Source: an uncultured Desulfarculus sp.
GTDB lineage: Bacteria > Desulfobacterota > Desulfarculia > Desulfarculales > Desulfarculaceae
Length of the DNA: 64,000 nt
Assembly (NCBI GenBank): GCA_963665125.2
Contig: CAXXUK010000002.1
Span: 544,001-608,000 of the forward strand
Reading direction: 5' to 3'
Shown here: one piece after another, positions 59,359 through 64,000 of the stretch
Layout of the letters: every line of letters starts with the position of its first letter
How positions within the stretch are numbered: the stretch's first letter is position 1
The notes under the pieces: model-generated
Database searches by the model: none
Seen by the model: the letters and a program-made list of their open reading frames with translations, nothing else
What the model was told of the DNA's origin: nothing
Translations under genes and position numbers: made by a program

Positions 59359-62039
59359 CACTGGCCGGTCTGCTCCGGCGGGTCATAGATGGCCACGGTG
59401 GCATCCCGCCCCTGCAACCTTGCCGCGAAATTGCGGCAGAAGGTCAGGCCGATACCCGGGTAGATATTCATTACCTCGCTCAGCTGGCCGAAGGGGATGA
59501 GCAGTGTCTCCACCTTGTCCCGGGCACGCCAGGTGGCTTCGGCTCCGGCTTGGGTAAACAGGCCCAGATCGCCCAGCCAGCCGCCCGGCCCTATGGTTTC
59601 GGGCTGGTCCGTTCCGCCCATGGCCTCGCCGGCCTCCCGGAGCAGCGTCCCGGAGAGCACCAGCACCAGTGCCGTTTCCTCGCGTCCTTGCTGCACCACC
59701 ACCTCGCCAGGCAGGTAAACGGCGGGCCGGGCCAGGGAGACCAGGGCCTCAATTTCCCTTATCCCCAAACTCAGGAACAGGGCAAAGCCATCCATCTGTT
59801 TTATCCGCTCCACGAACTCGGGCATATCAGCCTCCAGGCCCAGACATCGGTTATAGGCGTAGCGCGCGGCCTCGCGCACCCTGCCGTCCTCGTCCTCCAA
59901 GAGCATCCCGGCGGCGGGCAGAAACCCTGGGCCGGGCCCAAGCTCACCCATGGTGAAGGCGGACAGTAGGCGGATCATGCGATCCCGGCTGTGGGCCAAG
60001 TGCATCAGGACGCTCTCCAGGCCACCCGAAGCCGGCAAGGGCAGGGATTTGCGCCCCAGGGCGATGAGCTTGGTCGGAGGCATCTTCTCCAGCAGGGGTA
60101 TCAGAAGCCGGGCCAGGGGGCGTTCCACGGTTACCTCCAACAGCTCCACCGCCGCCGAGGCGTCCAGTGAGGCCAGGGCGGATTGCATGAGGCGCATGTC
60201 CTTGTGTCTGACCCACAAGGCGTGGAAGATGAGGCCCAGGCCCTCGCGGTTGCAGGCTTCCAGATGAGAACGCAGCAGGGCCGGGCCGCTCAGCCCGCGC
60301 CCCGGGGAAAGCCGCTGCATGGCCCCGGTCCGGTTGTAGATGAGGCTTAGTTCTTCCATGATCATGGGTCCGGTGTCGAAGTCTTTCATGCCGCCCAGCC
60401 TGACCACCTCCAGAATGCCCTGACGCTGCCTGAGATGCGGATCGTCCAGCGAGGCCTCCAGGAAAGGACGCACCGCCTCGCCATATTGCACCAGGGCGTC
60501 CACCGCCAACTTGTGCACCATGTCCTGATCCCGCAAGAGCGCCACCAGGGGATGCACGGCTCGCATGTCGCGCCGCATGGCCATGGAGGCCACGGCCTGG
60601 ACCCGCACCATGGGGTCGGGGTCCCTCATCATCTCCAGCGCATCGTCGGCGGCAAGGGACGCCTCCGGGCGCGGCCGGGCTCTCTCCCGTGCTTGGTCAT
60701 CCCCGCCCTCGTCCGGGGCCGGGGCGGGATCGAGGCCGTACTGGTTTTGCAGCCTGAGTGAATCTATGCGGTCAAAGTCCACCGCGTCGTGGGTGATGAC
60801 TTGCTTGAGGGCCAGGCGGAACTGCCGCCGGAAGGCCAGGGTCTCGTATATCCAGTAAAAGGCCAGCAGCGCCGCCAGGGGCGCAAGCTGGCGCGGGGAA
60901 AGCACCGGTTTGAGGGCCAGCATGGCGCACGAACCCAGCAGCATTCCCGCCTTGACCACCGTGCCCCGCACAAAGACCCGGGCCCAGTTGGCCACCTCCC
61001 GGGGCACCAGATTGAACAGAACCTTGTTGACCGGTCCGGCCACCGCTTGTTGCACCAGACGGGTTATGAACTGGCCGATCACGGCGGTGTACAGGCTGAA
61101 GGAGGCAGTCAGGGCCGTGAACAGAACCCCCAGGTCCAGCGGCAAGGCCAGCGAGGCGTTCACTACCCCGATGCGGGTGTATACGCGGCCCATGGCCAAC
61201 AGCAGCAGGAATACCACCAAGGTCATGCTTCCCCGGAAGATGCTGAAGAAGGACAAAAGGCCGTGCTCGCTGGTGAAGCCCTGATCCACTATTACGTTGA
61301 ACTGGTAGAGGAATATGGGCAGCAGGATGTTGGGGAGCAGGCCCAATATCACCAGATAGCGCACGATGGGGTATTTCTTCATCAGGGCCGGAACCTCGAC
61401 CAGGCGCCGCCGCCGGGCGGTCCCCGCCGATCCGACGTCACGCTGGGCGGGCCCCGAGCGGCGCGCCAGCATGGCCAGGCCTAGAATCAGGCACGAACCG
61501 GCATAAACCGCTAAAATTTGATCACGGCCCAGGAGCCAGGCCAGGCCGTCGGTGGCGAAATTGCCGCCGACCACGCCCAGGACCTGGGCCGCCGTTATAA
61601 GTGGGAACAGCCGCTTGCCCTGGCGGGAATCGAAGACGTCGCAGGCGATGTTCCAGAGGTAGACCAGCAGCAGTGAATCCTGTAAATACAAAAGCTGGAA
61701 CAGAAGCGGATACGACAGGTCGATCCCCGCGTGCACGCCCCAATAAAGAAATGAGGTGGCGATTGCGTAAAACAGAAAAACACCAGCCAGGAGGCGGGCG
61801 TCACCGAGGCGCGATGAAATGCGGTTGAATAGGCCGAGCACTGCAAACGTGGCCACGCTGTTGATGCCTAGCATCAGGGGAATTTGCTGGACCCCGTAGC
61901 GTTTCAGAAAAGTGGTGTCCACATAGTTGCGGAACAGGGCCATGAAAAAGAACACCGAGCAGAACAGAACGCACAGCCCCAACAAGGAGCGTCTTTCGTT
62001 CTCGAAGACATTCAATTTGTTCAAGAGGAACTTGTTCAT
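59355..62039 (-). CDS. Nucleotide-translocase (TLC/Npt)-like membrane domain + HEAT repeats + cyclic-nucleotide-binding domain fusion
   Basis: About 12 TM segments with FDSRQGKRLFPLI; HEAT-like repeats (DPDPMVRVQAV, DEDGRVREAA); C-terminal cNMP fold (LF..L...Y.PGEVVVQQG...GPGGWLGDLGLF...AT). Confidence 0.75.
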   Translation of the reverse strand: MNKFLLNKLNVFENERRSLLGLCVLFCSVFFFMALFRNYVDTTFLKRYGVQQIPLMLGINSVATFAVLGLFNRISSRLGDARLLAGVFLFYAIATSFLYWGVHAGIDLSYPLLFQLLYLQDSLLLVYLWNIACDVFDSRQGKRLFPLITAAQVLGVVGGNFATDGLAWLLGRDQILAVYAGSCLILGLAMLARRSGPAQRDVGSAGTARRRRLVEVPALMKKYPIVRYLVILGLLPNILLPIFLYQFNVIVDQGFTSEHGLLSFFSIFRGSMTLVVFLLLLAMGRVYTRIGVVNASLALPLDLGVLFTALTASFSLYTAVIGQFITRLVQQAVAGPVNKVLFNLVPREVANWARVFVRGTVVKAGMLLGSCAMLALKPVLSPRQLAPLAALLAFYWIYETLAFRRQFRLALKQVITHDAVDFDRIDSLRLQNQYGLDPAPAPDEGGDDQARERARPRPEASLAADDALEMMRDPDPMVRVQAVASMAMRRDMRAVHPLVALLRDQDMVHKLAVDALVQYGEAVRPFLEASLDDPHLRQRQGILEVVRLGGMKDFDTGPMIMEELSLIYNRTGAMQRLSPGRGLSGPALLRSHLEACNREGLGLIFHALWVRHKDMRLMQSALASLDASAAVELLEVTVERPLARLLIPLLEKMPPTKLIALGRKSLPLPASGGLESVLMHLAHSRDRMIRLLSAFTMGELGPGPGFLPAAGMLLEDEDGRVREAARYAYNRCLGLEADMPEFVERIKQMDGFALFLSLGIREIEALVSLARPAVYLPGEVVVQQGREETALVLVLSGTLLREAGEAMGGTDQPETIGPGGWLGDLGLFTQAGAEATWRARDKVETLLIPFGQLSEVMNIYPGIGLTFCRNFAARLQGRDATVAIYDPPEQTGQW

Positions 62040-62234
62040 CAAGGCAATCCGTCTGCGGTCCCGGGATGAGATAGGAGATTGCTTACATTGAATCCAGATG
62101 CTAACATGGCCTTCGTTTAGGTGACAATAATGTTTTAGGTTCCTGTGGTTACCTCATCACACTCCGGATGCGGGGCGGCGGCAAGCCCGTTTGGTTCTCG
62201 CATCCGCGAGGGTGCATCGGCGAGGCGCTTTGCA

Positions 62235-63509
62235 ATGAACTCCACGCTGGGCACGCCCGCCCCCATCTCGGCCGCGCCGCGCCGGGTGATGCTCTATACC
62301 CACAACGCCGTGGGCCTGGGTCATGTCTTCCGCAGCCTGGCGGTTCTCGGAGGCATGCGGCCCTGGGCCCCGCGATGGGACTTTTTGGCCGTGTCGGGCA
62401 GCTCCATCCCCCAGGCCTTCCTAGAGGAGGGGGTCGAGGTGCTCAAGCTGCCAGGCGCGCGCCTGAACATTGAGCAGGCCGGTCCTAGTCTGAGTCCGCG
62501 CCACCTGAAATCCCTTTCCCTGGATTGCCTCTTCGACCTCAGAACCAAGCTGATTCAGGATGCCTTTGATTGTTTCGCGCCGGAGGCGGTGCTGGTCGAG
62601 CACAACATGGCCGGCCTGATGAACGAACTGGTCCCCCTGCTGCTGCGGAAGCGGATGCGCCGTGGCGGACCCGAGGACTTCGCCCTGGTCCACATCTCGC
62701 GGGGGATCATGCGCTCCTCGCCGGAATTATGCCTGCCCAGGCAGAATCCGCCGCATCTTTCCGGCTCCATCGACCTGGGCGAACTGTACGACCTCATTTA
62801 TGTACTGGAGGACCGGCACATCGCCGAGGCCGACGGTCCCTTGTGGCAGCCGGGCTCCGGCCTGGCCGGGCGCACCGCCTTTCTGGGCAAAATCGGCTTC
62901 AGAACCCGGGCCGAACTGCCCTCGGCCTCGGCCGCCAAACGCAAGTGGGGCCTTACCGACGCCCCCCTGATCTTGCTCTCCCTGGGCCGCTTCGGGCAGG
63001 TGAGCCGCATGGCCCGGGCCTTGGGCCAAGCCCTGGCCGAGAATGGCCCGGCCGCCGGGCATCAGCTGGCCGTGGTGCTGGACCCCTACCTGGACCTGCG
63101 GGAAAAGCAATCCCTGCGAAGGTGCGCCGGGGAGATGGGCGCCGCCGTCTTGGGGTTCGCTCCGTATCTGGTAGAGCTGATCAACGCGGCGGATCTGGTG
63201 GTCTGCCGGGCGGGCTACAATACCTTCAACGAGGTTCTGCTCAGCGGGGTGCGGGCCCTGTTCATCTGCGAGGAGCACGGTGGGCTGGAGCAGGAGCGCC
63301 GGGTCCGCTACCTGGCTGGTGAGCACCAAGCCGCCGTCCGCGAGCAGAAGGTGCTGGCCGACGGGGCGCGTAAAACCCTGCGTCGCCTGCTGGCCGCGCC
63401 ACGCGATCCCGATCCGCCGGTCCTGGACCGCTTCGCCATCGGCGGCCGCATGGTGCGCGACCTCGAACAATGGTGGAGCGGCCGGTCCGGTCCCGGCCTG
63501 GGCGGGTAG
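62235..63509 (+). CDS. Predicted glycosyltransferase (GT28 C-terminal-like)
   Basis: MLYTHNAVGLGH, ADLVVCRAGYNTFNEVL and LEQ..R. Confidence 0.82.
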   Translation: MNSTLGTPAPISAAPRRVMLYTHNAVGLGHVFRSLAVLGGMRPWAPRWDFLAVSGSSIPQAFLEEGVEVLKLPGARLNIEQAGPSLSPRHLKSLSLDCLFDLRTKLIQDAFDCFAPEAVLVEHNMAGLMNELVPLLLRKRMRRGGPEDFALVHISRGIMRSSPELCLPRQNPPHLSGSIDLGELYDLIYVLEDRHIAEADGPLWQPGSGLAGRTAFLGKIGFRTRAELPSASAAKRKWGLTDAPLILLSLGRFGQVSRMARALGQALAENGPAAGHQLAVVLDPYLDLREKQSLRRCAGEMGAAVLGFAPYLVELINAADLVVCRAGYNTFNEVLLSGVRALFICEEHGGLEQERRVRYLAGEHQAAVREQKVLADGARKTLRRLLAAPRDPDPPVLDRFAIGGRMVRDLEQWWSGRSGPGLGG

Positions 63510-63513
63510 ACGC

Positions 63514-64000
63514 TTGCCGCGTCTTTGGCTCATTCGCCACGGCGAGAGCGTCTGGAATCGCCAACGGCGTTTTATCGGCTGGGGCGACCCGCCCCTCTCG
63601 CCCGTTGGGTGCGCTCAGGCCCGGGCCGCCGGCCGTCTGCTCGCAGCCGCGGGCGCCAACCCCGAGGCAGTGTTTTGCTCCCGGCTTGTCCGGGCCTGCC
63701 AGACCCTTGACCAGGCCCTTGACGTCTGCGACGCTGGCCGCATTCCGGCGTGCTTCTCCTGGCGCTTGAACGAACTCCACTGCGGGCAATGGCAGGGCCG
63801 ATCCAAGCCGGAGGTGGCCGATGAGCGGCTGGCCGCGTGGCGCGCCGATCCTTCGGCCAGGCCGCCCCTGTTGGAGCCGGAGGACCCCAGGCATCCCCGC
63901 CACGATCCCCGCTACCATGACCAGGACCCCGCGCTGCTGCCTTCGGGGGAGTCTCAACTCGACTTGCTGGAACGGCTGCGCCCATTCTGGCGGGAACAAC
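63514..64000 (+). CDS. 2,3-bisphosphoglycerate-dependent phosphoglycerate mutase-like histidine phosphatase (3' truncated)
   Basis: From TTG 63514: LPRLWLIRHGESVWNRQRRFIGWGD...SRLVRACQT...WRLNELHCGQWQG...HPRHDPRY...LPSGES. Missing from the ORF track. Confidence 0.85.
   Translation, partial: MPRLWLIRHGESVWNRQRRFIGWGDPPLSPVGCAQARAAGRLLAAAGANPEAVFCSRLVRACQTLDQALDVCDAGRIPACFSWRLNELHCGQWQGRSKPEVADERLAAWRADPSARPPLLEPEDPRHPRHDPRYHDQDPALLPSGESQLDLLERLRPFWREQ

Overview
GC-rich bacterial chromosomal segment. Gene content (Kor/Hdr/MvhD, DUF3786, amphi-Trp, sigma54 promoters, gltX-tRNA-Gln-tRNA-Glu) suggests an anaerobic Desulfobacterota ('deltaproteobacterial') organism; this taxonomy is inference. Layout: (1) 1-9.1 kb is one operon joining 2-oxoacid:ferredoxin oxidoreductase subunits to an HdrL/HdrA-like flavoprotein, a variant MvhD, an HdrD-like CCG protein and an HdrA-MvhD fusion. 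The ORF track splits that fusion at an in-frame TGA, which is very likely selenocysteine and is followed by a SECIS-like hairpin. (2) 9-50 kb holds housekeeping and accessory genes: a Na+-type MotA/MotB stator pair, two-component genes, putative nucleases, Zn/Mn ABC transport with an RHH regulator and palindromic operator, MCPs, a MarR-SDR module, GGDEF, an ABC-2 exporter, ParA plus partner, a K+ channel and gltX. Three intergenic sites (10.0-10.6, 27.1-27.5, 48.7-49.0 kb) carry a modular multi-hairpin repeat family with compensatory base changes. A 947-bp poly-G run (26114-27060) is almost certainly a sequencing or assembly artefact inside one of those hairpins. (3) After tRNA-Gln(CTG)/tRNA-Glu(CTC), a decayed tyrosine integrase and an IS3 remnant mark a probable genomic island. 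It encodes a heparinase II/III-like protein, a GSCFA protein, three glycosyltransferase-like proteins, a SAM methyltransferase, a B12-dependent radical SAM enzyme, a nucleotide-translocase/HEAT/cNMP-binding fusion and a GpmA-like protein that runs off the end. All product calls come from reading motifs by eye; no database search was run.
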